Origin: a virus
IMG/VR virus record: IMGVR_UViG_3300023174_002851
Span: 6,801 to 70,800 of that record
DNA: 64,000 bases
Direction: 5' to 3' (one strand)
Shown here: positions 40,195 through 49,372 of the stretch, piece after piece
How positions within the stretch are numbered: the first letter of the stretch is position 1
How the letters are laid out: the number at the start of each line of letters is the position of its first letter
The notes under the pieces: generated by a model
Told to the model about the DNA's origin: nothing
The model's database searches: none
What the model saw: only the letters and a program-made list of their open reading frames with translations
Made by a program: the position numbers and the translations under genes

Positions 40195-40250
40195 ATGGGC
40201 TTTGCATCGAGCATAGTGCTCAATTGTTCTTACTTTTTAAGGAGACTTTT

Positions 40251-40691
40251 ATGAACAACATTACTATACAACGTATCGACGCTCTAAACAGAGCACTAAT
40301 TGGTTTTGATCAAATGTTTGACCAAATGGAACGCCGTTTTGCAAACAGTGTATCAAACAATTATCCTCCGCACAATGTACTCAGAACTAGTGAAAATCAA
40401 TATGAGATTCACATGGCTGTGACAGGCTTTGACAAGTCAGAAATTTCTGTACAAGTTGAACAGAATGTTCTTACAGTAACAGGTACTAGTGTTACTCCAA
40501 ACGAAAGCACAGAGATTGTTTACCTACATCGTGGGCTAGCAACTCGTGACTTTGCCAAAGAGTTTCCTCTTGCCGAACACATGGAAGTTACTGGCGCAGA
40601 GATCAAGAATGGCATGTTAGTTGTTAAACTAATCCGCAACATTCCTGAATCCGAAAAGGCCCGTATCATTGATGTGGTTGAGGTAAAATAA
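40251..40691 (+). CDS. Small heat-shock protein Hsp20 (IbpA-like)
   Basis: NYPPHN, YLHRGLA.R.F, NGML; SD AAGGAG. Confidence 0.93.
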   Translation: MNNITIQRIDALNRALIGFDQMFDQMERRFANSVSNNYPPHNVLRTSENQYEIHMAVTGFDKSEISVQVEQNVLTVTGTSVTPNESTEIVYLHRGLATRDFAKEFPLAEHMEVTGAEIKNGMLVVKLIRNIPESEKARIIDVVEVK

Positions 40692-40733
40692 TGTATAGGG
40701 GGAGCAATCCCCCTATCTTAGATTGGAGAAAAA

Positions 40734-41033
40734 ATGACAACAGACGTACAAATTGAAGAAAAAGTAAAAATTGCAATCCAACCTCCAAAGTTGTGGAAGG
40801 TAGTATTCTTTAACGATGACTCCACCCCGATGGATTTTGTTGTTGAACTATTGACTAGTATCTTTAAACACTCTGTTGAACGAGCCAAGGATCTTACATT
40901 AGAGATTCACAATACTGGCAGCGCAGTTGCAGGAATTTACTCTTTTGAAATTGCAGAACATAAAGCAGTAGAGTCGACACATTTGTCTAGAGCAAATGGT
41001 TTTCCTTTACGCATAACGGCAGAAGAAGAATGA
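40734..41033 (+). CDS. clpS: N-end-rule adaptor ClpS
   Basis: NDDSTPMDFVV, IH..G, GFPL. Confidence 0.93.
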   Translation: MTTDVQIEEKVKIAIQPPKLWKVVFFNDDSTPMDFVVELLTSIFKHSVERAKDLTLEIHNTGSAVAGIYSFEIAEHKAVESTHLSRANGFPLRITAEEE

Positions 41034-41575
41034 GTCTAAAAGATATTACTAGTGATCTGCATCACGAAGCAGAAACAACAACATTTGCCAAGATGTTGCT
41101 CAGTGGAAAGATTGAAAAACAAGATTACAGAAATTATCTGTATAACCTAATGGCAGTGTACGATCCAATCGAATGGTATTGCCAGCGCCAAGGCTTTCTA
41201 GTCGCAATGCCTGACTTACCTCGTCTACGTGCTATCCATGCAGATTTTTTAGAATTAGATGACGGAAGTTATTGTTATCTAACTCCAGCAACACTTGAGT
41301 ATCAAGCATACTTACATAAACTAGGCAACGATGAACACCGTAAACATCTTATTAAAGCGCATCTATACTGCCGCCATATGGGCGACCTATTCGGTGGTCA
41401 AATCATTAAAAAACAAGTAGCACACATCAGTAGTGGCAAGTTCTATGATTTTGAAAACGGCGATGCTATGAAAATGGCTATTCGTCAAACACTTACAGAT
41501 GACCTCGGAGACGAAGCTCGTGTAGCATTTGAGTATGCTATTAAAATGATGCGAGATTTGTATCGTGGAGAGTAA
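41030..41575 (+). CDS. Heme oxygenase
   Basis: T..LHHEAE proximal His; HLYCRHMGDLFGGQ. Confidence 0.88.
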   Translation: MSLKDITSDLHHEAETTTFAKMLLSGKIEKQDYRNYLYNLMAVYDPIEWYCQRQGFLVAMPDLPRLRAIHADFLELDDGSYCYLTPATLEYQAYLHKLGNDEHRKHLIKAHLYCRHMGDLFGGQIIKKQVAHISSGKFYDFENGDAMKMAIRQTLTDDLGDEARVAFEYAIKMMRDLYRGE

Positions 41576-42248
41576 TGTTTGGAACACGCTGATTGAGATC
41601 CAACAGCTTTTAGAAAGTAGTTTTGATGAAACAGGAACAGAAGTCTTTGAACCGGGTATGGATCGCTTTAATCAGCCTGGTTGGGTCAATCGTGTTTGGA
41701 CCAGTAGCAGTTATCGCAGGGCTCACGTTGATGTTGTGGATGCTAGGGAGACCAAAGGTCTCTGGATGATGCATTGTTGCATCTTTCCACATACACACAA
41801 TCCAGCACCAATTTACGGCTTTGACGTTATTGCCGGCAAGAACAAGATCACAGGTTGTTTTCACGATTATTCAAAAGCGGGTGATCCCGAACATCCTATG
41901 ATGCAGTGGTTTCATGATGAAGTTGCCAAACTAGAATGGCGTAAAGAGCGCAAGTTGCCAGAGTGGGCCACTAACATATTCAGCGGTAGTATGGTTGCTG
42001 CGGGCAATGTCAGCGATGAATCGGAATTAGAACAGATCACAGATCTAGCTCGAACTACCGTAGAACACTATCTAAGCACAGTAGCAGAAACCAACAATAC
42101 TGTAGCAGATACTACAGAAGCACAGAACTACTATTGTCTAAATCAAAAATGTAATCCGCATACACCCAGAGTTATGGTTAGTTTAGGGCTTTCTGAGGAA
42201 GATGTACAGCATTTTATACAAGAATGCCTGTTCCCTGAGATTCGATAA
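41565..42248 (+). CDS. Ferredoxin-dependent bilin reductase (PcyA/PcyX-like)
   Basis: RRAHVDVVD, MHCCIFP, PIYGFD, LPEWA..IFS, Q..NPHT. Confidence 0.85.
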   Translation: MESNVWNTLIEIQQLLESSFDETGTEVFEPGMDRFNQPGWVNRVWTSSSYRRAHVDVVDARETKGLWMMHCCIFPHTHNPAPIYGFDVIAGKNKITGCFHDYSKAGDPEHPMMQWFHDEVAKLEWRKERKLPEWATNIFSGSMVAAGNVSDESELEQITDLARTTVEHYLSTVAETNNTVADTTEAQNYYCLNQKCNPHTPRVMVSLGLSEEDVQHFIQECLFPEIR

Positions 42249-42258
42249 ATATTGTACT

Positions 42259-43647
42259 ATGAGAGCATTTGAATTACTAACTGAAGCTAAATTGCAGCCA
42301 GGCGAGCTATTTGTACCAAAACATCTAGATTGGCGCCCGCAAGCATTTTTACAAAAACTTAAAGACAGAACTCCGTTTGTTCAAAAAATTGGAGGCGAGG
42401 AATTTATTCCAGCACCAGGCGAATACAAGCGTCTTAAACCTGAAGTCGAAGCCGCTGTTAAAGCAAGATTAGAAAATCCTAGTGCATCTGTTCCAAGTTT
42501 TATTATCAAGACTGATAAGGGTGATATACCGTTGAGCCAGTTTGAAAAAGCAGATTTGCAAACTTCTAAAGGCCAAGCAACAACCACTGTCAATGTACAA
42601 CCGATAGGTATTGGCGTTGCAGCCGATGCTGTAGATAAAGATGTTGATGTTGAAACAGAAATTAAACAGGCAATAGCTAACAATAAAGCTATCCAAGGTG
42701 CTAACTTACATAAAATAATTTTAGATAATCAAATATTGGATCAAGCAGGGCCGCTGGGCGTTGCTATTAAAAAAGCAACATCTGATATCGTTGCAGGACA
42801 GTCCCCAATAGTTAAAACATATGATAAAAAAACACAATCAGTTATAGCTATCGATGCAGGAGAATACCTAGGTATACTACAAATGGTTCATAACACAGCT
42901 AATTTTCCAAAAAAAGATGCGTTTATGAAATTTTTAGAAACTAATAATCTAGATAACATGATGGTTATTTTTCCAGGATCTCAGAACAGTCAATTACAAG
43001 ATAGTTACGGTGTTCAAAATACTGCAACTGGGCATAGCATTATGATTAGCAGTAAGGGTGGAGTTGGTAGTACCGCTGTTGGCGCTGCCCCCGCACTAAG
43101 CGGTTTAAAAGTTCCTGATTCGTTAGTCAAGAAACGCAAACCCGGGAACGGCATTGACTTTATTCTAACAATGCAAGGATTATCTGTAAAACAACAACCA
43201 TTTGCAGGAATGAATTTTTTACACAGATTTTATCCTGATTCAGTTCCTGACATGTACAAAAAAATATTGCCGTTTACCTTTGAAGATATGCAAATAATCT
43301 TAGATAACATATCAGGTAAGGGCGGAAATTTGCCTGCAAAATATAACAAAATACTCCAAAGTAGAAACGTTAAAGCAAGGGCTCGTGCAGGCGGCATACT
43401 ATTTTATGCTACTGCAAAAGATCTAGTTGAGGTATTTAATAATCTTCAACCGGTTCCTGATTTTAGACAAACTGTACTAGAAATTTTAGATATGAATTTT
43501 GTACAGATATTTTCAAGAGTTGTCGGCGGCAATTTAAATGCAGATGTATTATGGCCCGGCAAAGTTGACGGCAATGTCCTACTATGGACCAAAGCCGAAG
43601 CAGCTAATCCTTCAAGTGCAGGATTTAGCTTTAAAGTGGTAGACTAA
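42259..43647 (+). CDS. Large phage protein with PD-(D/E)xK-like signature
   Basis: Start MRAFELLTE after TAAATA at 42246; GEYLG...FP..N..L.DSY...ISSK. Confidence 0.55.
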   Translation: MRAFELLTEAKLQPGELFVPKHLDWRPQAFLQKLKDRTPFVQKIGGEEFIPAPGEYKRLKPEVEAAVKARLENPSASVPSFIIKTDKGDIPLSQFEKADLQTSKGQATTTVNVQPIGIGVAADAVDKDVDVETEIKQAIANNKAIQGANLHKIILDNQILDQAGPLGVAIKKATSDIVAGQSPIVKTYDKKTQSVIAIDAGEYLGILQMVHNTANFPKKDAFMKFLETNNLDNMMVIFPGSQNSQLQDSYGVQNTATGHSIMISSKGGVGSTAVGAAPALSGLKVPDSLVKKRKPGNGIDFILTMQGLSVKQQPFAGMNFLHRFYPDSVPDMYKKILPFTFEDMQIILDNISGKGGNLPAKYNKILQSRNVKARARAGGILFYATAKDLVEVFNNLQPVPDFRQTVLEILDMNFVQIFSRVVGGNLNADVLWPGKVDGNVLLWTKAEAANPSSAGFSFKVVD

Positions 43648-43716
43648 TAAACTAGTCTTTTAATCAAATACAAGTTCGCTCTAAATACTATACGGGTATT
43701 ACCGGGAGCGAATCAA

Positions 43717-44199
43717 ATGAAAAAAACCATAGCGTCCATTGGGGTGATGCTTATTGTCACCTCCGCTAGTGCAGCGGAATTACAGCACTCTTTTAACAGT
43801 CCTAGTTTCTCCGGATCTGGTTACAGTTCACATGTTCTAACTATCAAACAGTTAGAAGATCAACAGAAAGAAAAAAATCAAGCTAAAATTGATTCAGAAA
43901 AGGCCAAAGCATTGCAAGATGCTGCCAACACTCCAACTGCAAGATTCCTATCTAACCTAGAATCAAGAGTCTATGCGCAGTTGGCAAAACAACTTACAGA
44001 TTCCATGTTTGGCGAAGGTGCATCATGCACTACAGCAGGAGTAGTATGCGGCACAATTCCAGACTTAGGTGGTAACTCTGTTACTTGGAAACTTGGTGCT
44101 GGCAGCGACACAGGCATGATTATTATTACAATTGTAAACAACAGTAACTCTAGCCAAATAACAACAATGAAAGTACCGACTGGTACATTTGCGTTCTAA
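43717..44199 (+). CDS. csgF: Curli assembly protein CsgF-like
   Basis: Signal peptide, then ELQHSFNSPSFSG; F..NLESRVY..L. Confidence 0.75.
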   Translation: MKKTIASIGVMLIVTSASAAELQHSFNSPSFSGSGYSSHVLTIKQLEDQQKEKNQAKIDSEKAKALQDAANTPTARFLSNLESRVYAQLAKQLTDSMFGEGASCTTAGVVCGTIPDLGGNSVTWKLGAGSDTGMIIITIVNNSNSSQITTMKVPTGTFAF

Positions 44200-44210
44200 G
44201 GATAACAAAA

Positions 44211-45434
44211 ATGAAAAATACAATTATATCCTTGGCAGTAGTGGCCTTACTAGGCGGATGTGCTACAGGATCAGCGTTACGTGAAAAGATGACAGGCAAT
44301 CAATTTGACGAGCCAGTTATAGAACAAAGTAAATTTTTAAAGAAAGACAAGAATAAACTAGCACCTCCAGCAAGTGGTCCGATTCCTGTAGCAGTGTATG
44401 GCTTTACAGATAAGACTGGACAGCGTAAGAGCATGCCAAACATTGCCAGTTTGAGTTCAGCAGTTACACAGGGTGCAGAAAGTTATCTAATCAAGGCTCT
44501 ACAAGATGCAGGCGATCAGCGTTGGTTCACTGTACTTGAGCGTGTAGGCCTAGACAATCTAATTAAAGAACGTCAGATGATTCGTCAGATGCGTGAACAG
44601 TATCAAGGCCGTGAAGCCAAGCCATTACCTCCTATGATATTTGCAGGAATTATTATGGAAGGTGGTATTGTTGGTTATGATTCAAACACACTAACAGGCG
44701 GCAGTGGTGTAAGAATTTTTGGTATTGGTGCAAGTACTCAATATCAATCAGACACAGTGACAGTAACACTACGAACAGTAAGTGTAAGCACAGGAGAAAT
44801 CCTAACTTCAGTAACTGTAACCAAAACCGTGTTGAGCTATATGGACAAAATGACATTGTTGCGTTTTGTCGGTGATGGCACAACAGTGGGCGCCAACGCC
44901 ACAGCACTAGAAGGCGAAATTGGTGGAAGCATAAACGAAAGCATCAACAAGGCTATCGATATTGCTGTTCAGGCAGCAGTAATAAACACTATCCAAGAAG
45001 GTGCAAGAAAAGGTCATTGGGCATTTAAGTCAGACGTTGTCCAATCTTATCCAGCACCGGTGATTGCTGTTCCTGTCAAGGAAGAGCCAAAGATAGAAGA
45101 AAAGAAAGAAGAAGTTAAAGTAGAGGAGAAGAAAGATGTCGTGGTTCAACCACAAGCCAAATCCGAAACGAAAACAGAAGCCGCACCCAGTGCCGCCGCA
45201 GAAGTAAAGAAAGAAGAACCAAAAAACCCAGTAGCACTATTTGATCCTAGGTTTTTAAAACAAGATTCTTTTATCTATAAAGAAGCAAATGAAAATAGTC
45301 AACGAACTTGGCAATTTAAAAAGGGCACTGAATTAAAAATAATTACTCCTGGACCCGAAGGTTGGCATTATGTATCGGACTCCAAGAACCAGAAAGGTTT
45401 TGTCAAACAGGATGTACTGACTGACAAACCTTAA
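44211..45434 (+). CDS. csgG: Curli secretion channel CsgG-like lipoprotein with C-terminal extension
   Basis: Lipobox LGGC; AVYGFTDKTGQRK, SAVTQG, WF.VLERVGL.NL..ER, GGIVGYD. Confidence 0.9.
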   Translation: MKNTIISLAVVALLGGCATGSALREKMTGNQFDEPVIEQSKFLKKDKNKLAPPASGPIPVAVYGFTDKTGQRKSMPNIASLSSAVTQGAESYLIKALQDAGDQRWFTVLERVGLDNLIKERQMIRQMREQYQGREAKPLPPMIFAGIIMEGGIVGYDSNTLTGGSGVRIFGIGASTQYQSDTVTVTLRTVSVSTGEILTSVTVTKTVLSYMDKMTLLRFVGDGTTVGANATALEGEIGGSINESINKAIDIAVQAAVINTIQEGARKGHWAFKSDVVQSYPAPVIAVPVKEEPKIEEKKEEVKVEEKKDVVVQPQAKSETKTEAAPSAAAEVKKEEPKNPVALFDPRFLKQDSFIYKEANENSQRTWQFKKGTELKIITPGPEGWHYVSDSKNQKGFVKQDVLTDKP

Positions 45435-45436
45435 AG

Positions 45437-45485
45437 TGTTAAATTTTTGACGGTGTTGGAAATCTAACATGTTGAAAATTTAACA
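45437..45485. promoter_or_regulatory. Three tandem 16-bp TGTT-N8-AACA palindromes
   Basis: TGTTAAATTTTTGACG, TGTTGGAAATCTAACA, TGTTGAAAATTTAACA. Confidence 0.6.
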
Positions 45486-45636
45486 GCGGCATTTAATTTG
45501 TAGGCATAACAAATTAAATAAAATTACAAGCATTAAATCTACTCGAGGGGGATAGTAGATAGAGAAGTAGTCTAATAACTATAGGTCAAAGACCAAGGAA
45601 CTTGTCGGCGAATAATAAACCGACATTAAATCAAGG

Positions 45637-46434
45637 ATGAAAAAAAGTATGAAAGGCTCTGGTAAGTTGTCGAGAAAATTACTTACAAGTCTGGTGTTGT
45701 CTGGAATGGCAGCACTGGGAACCAGTGTTCATGCTCAGGCGTTGAATACTAACTCAGCAAATTCAACCGGCCCAAACACTGTTTATATCGAACAGTTGGG
45801 TTCTAGCAACGTGGTAATCATAGAACAAGTTGGTGGTAGTAACAAGGTTGGCGGTACTGCTAATACCACTCCGAGCGACACAAATTATGCGACTATAAAT
45901 GGAAGCTCCAATGCTGTTACGCTGACGCAAACTGGCGACGGTAACTTGAGTCAATATCTTATCAAGGGTAACAACAACATTTATACCAGTACAATTTTAG
46001 GCACAAGCAACACAAGTACATTGACTATGGGCAATCAAAATACCAATACTCTACGTTCAACTGTAACTGAAACTATCACAGGTAGCAATAACACTGTGAT
46101 ACAAAATGTTGTTGGCAATGACATTACCAGTCTATTAAATATCACTGGTAACTACAATGAAGTTACTAAAAATTTATTGAGCACCAATGGCAACAGTAAT
46201 GTGTCTATCACTGGTAGCAATAACAAAGTAGATGCACAGCAAATAGATTCTGCAGGTGCAGGTGGTCATCAATTGATTCAGACTACTGTTGGTGATTATA
46301 ACAGTATTGTGACACAACAACAAGGAACCAATGATACAACTGTAAACATTGCCACTAACGGCAGTCATAATGCTATTACTGTAAGAACTAGTAGCAGCGC
46401 AATTGTATTACCAGTAACTGCATTAGCGAGATAA
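45637..46434 (+). CDS. Curlin-repeat protein (CsgA/CsgB-like)
   Basis: Signal peptide; repeated Q-x-G-x-x-N and I-x-G-x-x-N units. Confidence 0.75.
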   Translation: MKKSMKGSGKLSRKLLTSLVLSGMAALGTSVHAQALNTNSANSTGPNTVYIEQLGSSNVVIIEQVGGSNKVGGTANTTPSDTNYATINGSSNAVTLTQTGDGNLSQYLIKGNNNIYTSTILGTSNTSTLTMGNQNTNTLRSTVTETITGSNNTVIQNVVGNDITSLLNITGNYNEVTKNLLSTNGNSNVSITGSNNKVDAQQIDSAGAGGHQLIQTTVGDYNSIVTQQQGTNDTTVNIATNGSHNAITVRTSSSAIVLPVTALAR

Positions 46435-46436
46435 TC

Positions 46437-47534
46437 ATGCGTGGTTTTACTGTTGCTCTATTCCTGTTGTTATCTGCTAACAGTTGGGCAGGAATAGGTA
46501 CTGTAACAGATGTTAAAGGTACTGCTTGCTCCATTGAAAGAAACAAGACAAAACTCAATGGAGCAAAAGGTGCTGAGATAGAAAGTATGGATGCTTATGT
46601 TACTGGTTCGTGTGTTAGTAACATAACATTCAAAGATGACACCAAAGTCAAAGTAACAGAAAACAGTCGTCTACTTATAGATGACTTTGTGTATGATCCA
46701 AAGAAAAGTGACGCAGGAAAACTTGCGCTCAAAGTAGGTATGGGGTCTGTTCGCTATGCTAGCGGACAGATTGCCAAAAACAATCCCCAACAAGTAGATA
46801 TCAAAACTCCTACAGCCACAATCGCTGTTCGTGGAACAGACTTCAACATGGTTGTTGACGAAACAGGACAGAGTCTCGTTATCCTATTACCTAGTTGCAA
46901 GGATGATACAGAAGTTAAACAATACGAACTTGAAGAAAATAAATGCAAGGTGGGAAAAATTGAAGTTAGCACACTTGCCGGTTCTGTAACACTGGAAGAA
47001 GCATTTGCAGGCACCTATGTTTTTTCAGCAAATACATTGCCTACACCTCCTAGAGTTATCAATATTGTAGAAAGTAATATTGGTAATCAATTACTGTTGG
47101 CACATCCAAAAGAAGTTAGACAGGCTATTCGAGAAGCTACTGGTCGAGATCAAGACGAAAGAAAACAACAACAGCAAGAATTAGACATAGCTAGAGATCA
47201 AGCCAATAATCGAGGCGGACAAGGTATGAGCGGCAAGGATGCAGAACTATTAAAATCGTCCAAGGATGCAGGTGCTGTTTGTAATCCTTCTGCTACCATC
47301 TGTGTAAATTGGGAAAGAACCGACACCCCAGATTTACAGATGCGCGGCCGCGGGGTTGCGTATAGAACACAGCCAGGCGATCACTATGCCGAAGTTAAAA
47401 CACAGGGATATAGTAGTAACACAATAGTAACAGTTACACAAAATGATAGTCCTAGTACAGAAATATTAGGAGACGGCAGTCCAGGAGGTAACATTGTTGT
47501 TATAACACAGAGTTTGGGGATTAGAAGACGATGA
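46437..47534 (+). CDS. Secreted FecR-domain protein
   Basis: Signal peptide; F.DDT...TENS.L.ID...IKTPTATIAVRGTDF. Confidence 0.85.
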   Translation: MRGFTVALFLLLSANSWAGIGTVTDVKGTACSIERNKTKLNGAKGAEIESMDAYVTGSCVSNITFKDDTKVKVTENSRLLIDDFVYDPKKSDAGKLALKVGMGSVRYASGQIAKNNPQQVDIKTPTATIAVRGTDFNMVVDETGQSLVILLPSCKDDTEVKQYELEENKCKVGKIEVSTLAGSVTLEEAFAGTYVFSANTLPTPPRVINIVESNIGNQLLLAHPKEVRQAIREATGRDQDERKQQQQELDIARDQANNRGGQGMSGKDAELLKSSKDAGAVCNPSATICVNWERTDTPDLQMRGRGVAYRTQPGDHYAEVKTQGYSSNTIVTVTQNDSPSTEILGDGSPGGNIVVITQSLGIRRR

Positions 47535-49213
47535 AACGTTTTATATTACTATTCTCTTTTTTAATTACATTTTGTTTAAGCGCACACAGCCAAGCCACTG
47601 GCCTTGCTGATTTAAAATTTGGTCGCTACCAAATCGCTGACAGTCAATGGAACGTTAGTGCGTGTATGTACACAGCCACCTGTCAAATCTACAGTAAGAA
47701 TCCTGGAACAGCGTATAAAATTCCTTGGACCAGCGGGCAAATACAATGGGACACAGGTGACTATATTGGATTTATGGACAATTCAAACAAGGATGCCAAC
47801 AATCCGTGGTTGGCCGTACAATATGGTAGCAATGGTGTTGCCAAAACAAATATGGGTACTGGACATATTATCAATATGGGTACAAACTATTTCTTCTTTG
47901 TGGGTAATGATAACAATACCGGACAGTTGTTTAGTATGACACAGGGCTTTGCTAATACTAGTGGTGTCACTTGGACTGGAACATTGAATCCTACGGTTAC
48001 ACAAGTAAACAACTATGCTACGAATGGATCAACTACACCATTGGCAGCAGGTCAGACAGCCGCGCCAGCTGGGCCACCGCCTCCTGCTCCGACTGCCATT
48101 TACATGAACAATGCTACTGTAAAAATTACAAGAGCAATTCCAACAACTAGTAACAGTCCAAACGGCGAAGGTCCTAACAATGCGTTTGATAATAGTCCGT
48201 ATACCAAATACTTGAACTTTGATAAAAAGAATGCAGGTGTTACTGTTCAACTAAATTCAGGTAGAGCAGTTACAGGATTTACAGTTACTACAGCTAATGA
48301 CTTTAGTGGCCGTGATCCTACAAGCTATAAACTTTATGGTAGCAATGATGGTTCAACTTGGACACTGATTAAAGAAAATGCCATCACGCTAAGTGATAAT
48401 CGCTATACAACCAGTGCAGTAGTTGACGTTGCTAACACTACAGCATATACCTATTACTTTATGTTGTTTCCAACTACCAAAGCAGGCGACGGTTGCGGAT
48501 TGGACTGTAACAGTATGCAGATTGCCGAACTAACATATTACTACGATGCTAACAGCACAGCAACATCAACCGCTTCAAGCTCTACTATTGTTGACCCTGT
48601 GACAGCGGCTAACACTCCTGCATTGTGTTGTGGCGGATCTGCGGCACCATTTAATGCTAGTGCTACTAATACTGCAAAAGTTATGTCTTTTGTAAATCGC
48701 ACTACACAAGACAGTCAAGTGTACATCACACAGATAGGTAATCAAAATACTATAATGGTCAACCAAAGCGGCACAAAGAATAACTATTTTTCCTACGACG
48801 GTAACGGTTCTAATAATACTATTACCGCCACTCAAACTGGAACCGCTGCCACGCAGGCAAACTACATTGATCTCACAGTCAACGGTAGCAGTAATAATGT
48901 AAATATATTACAGCAAAGCACAGGTGGCACTAAGGGAGCATTTGTAAATATACAAGACAGTAACAACAGTCTAATATTACAGCAAAAAGATTCTGGAAGC
49001 CATTATGCAGATGTAAGTCTTATAGGTGGCGGCAAGAACGTTGATATATTACAACAAGGATCAGCTAGTCATATGGCTAAAATAGCACTAACTGGATTAC
49101 CGGTTGATTTAAGTTTAACACAAACTGGATCGACTCAGAACTTTTATAGCATAAACTTCAATTGTGCTACTGTAGGCGGCTGTGCAAAAATAACGGTGCA
49201 ACAAGGACAATGA
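47531..49213 (+). CDS. Secreted multidomain protein: discoidin (F5/8)-like domain plus C-terminal curlin repeats
   Basis: NAFD...TKY, TTAND...RDP..Y.LYGSNDG..W, MQIAE; then QIGNQN, QSGTKN, QQG repeats. Confidence 0.7.
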   Translation: MKRFILLFSFLITFCLSAHSQATGLADLKFGRYQIADSQWNVSACMYTATCQIYSKNPGTAYKIPWTSGQIQWDTGDYIGFMDNSNKDANNPWLAVQYGSNGVAKTNMGTGHIINMGTNYFFFVGNDNNTGQLFSMTQGFANTSGVTWTGTLNPTVTQVNNYATNGSTTPLAAGQTAAPAGPPPPAPTAIYMNNATVKITRAIPTTSNSPNGEGPNNAFDNSPYTKYLNFDKKNAGVTVQLNSGRAVTGFTVTTANDFSGRDPTSYKLYGSNDGSTWTLIKENAITLSDNRYTTSAVVDVANTTAYTYYFMLFPTTKAGDGCGLDCNSMQIAELTYYYDANSTATSTASSSTIVDPVTAANTPALCCGGSAAPFNASATNTAKVMSFVNRTTQDSQVYITQIGNQNTIMVNQSGTKNNYFSYDGNGSNNTITATQTGTAATQANYIDLTVNGSSNNVNILQQSTGGTKGAFVNIQDSNNSLILQQKDSGSHYADVSLIGGGKNVDILQQGSASHMAKIALTGLPVDLSLTQTGSTQNFYSINFNCATVGGCAKITVQQGQ

Positions 49214-49365
49214 TTCCGCTGAGCATTCCGCCCGTCTGCCTAGTACCTAACTGTCAAAATGGGCGTCAAATCCTTTCAAAAGAAGGCGGTAGTACACGTT
49301 ATATGCTTACGTGCCGCAGCCATCACTCAGGTTTAATTCCAAAAAAGACAACAAAAACAGCATAA
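49210..49365 (+). CDS. Small Cys/His protein (51 aa)
   Basis: SD AAGGA, ATGA overlap; C..P.C...C..HH. Confidence 0.4.
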   Translation: MIPLSIPPVCLVPNCQNGRQILSKEGGSTRYMLTCRSHHSGLIPKKTTKTA

Positions 49366-49372
49366 ATATTTC

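Noticed and set aside
38097-41033. Host chromosomal contamination or a prophage boundary
   Set aside because: Host-like genes are interleaved with phage genes and share their promoter motifs and composition; no integrase or att site seen
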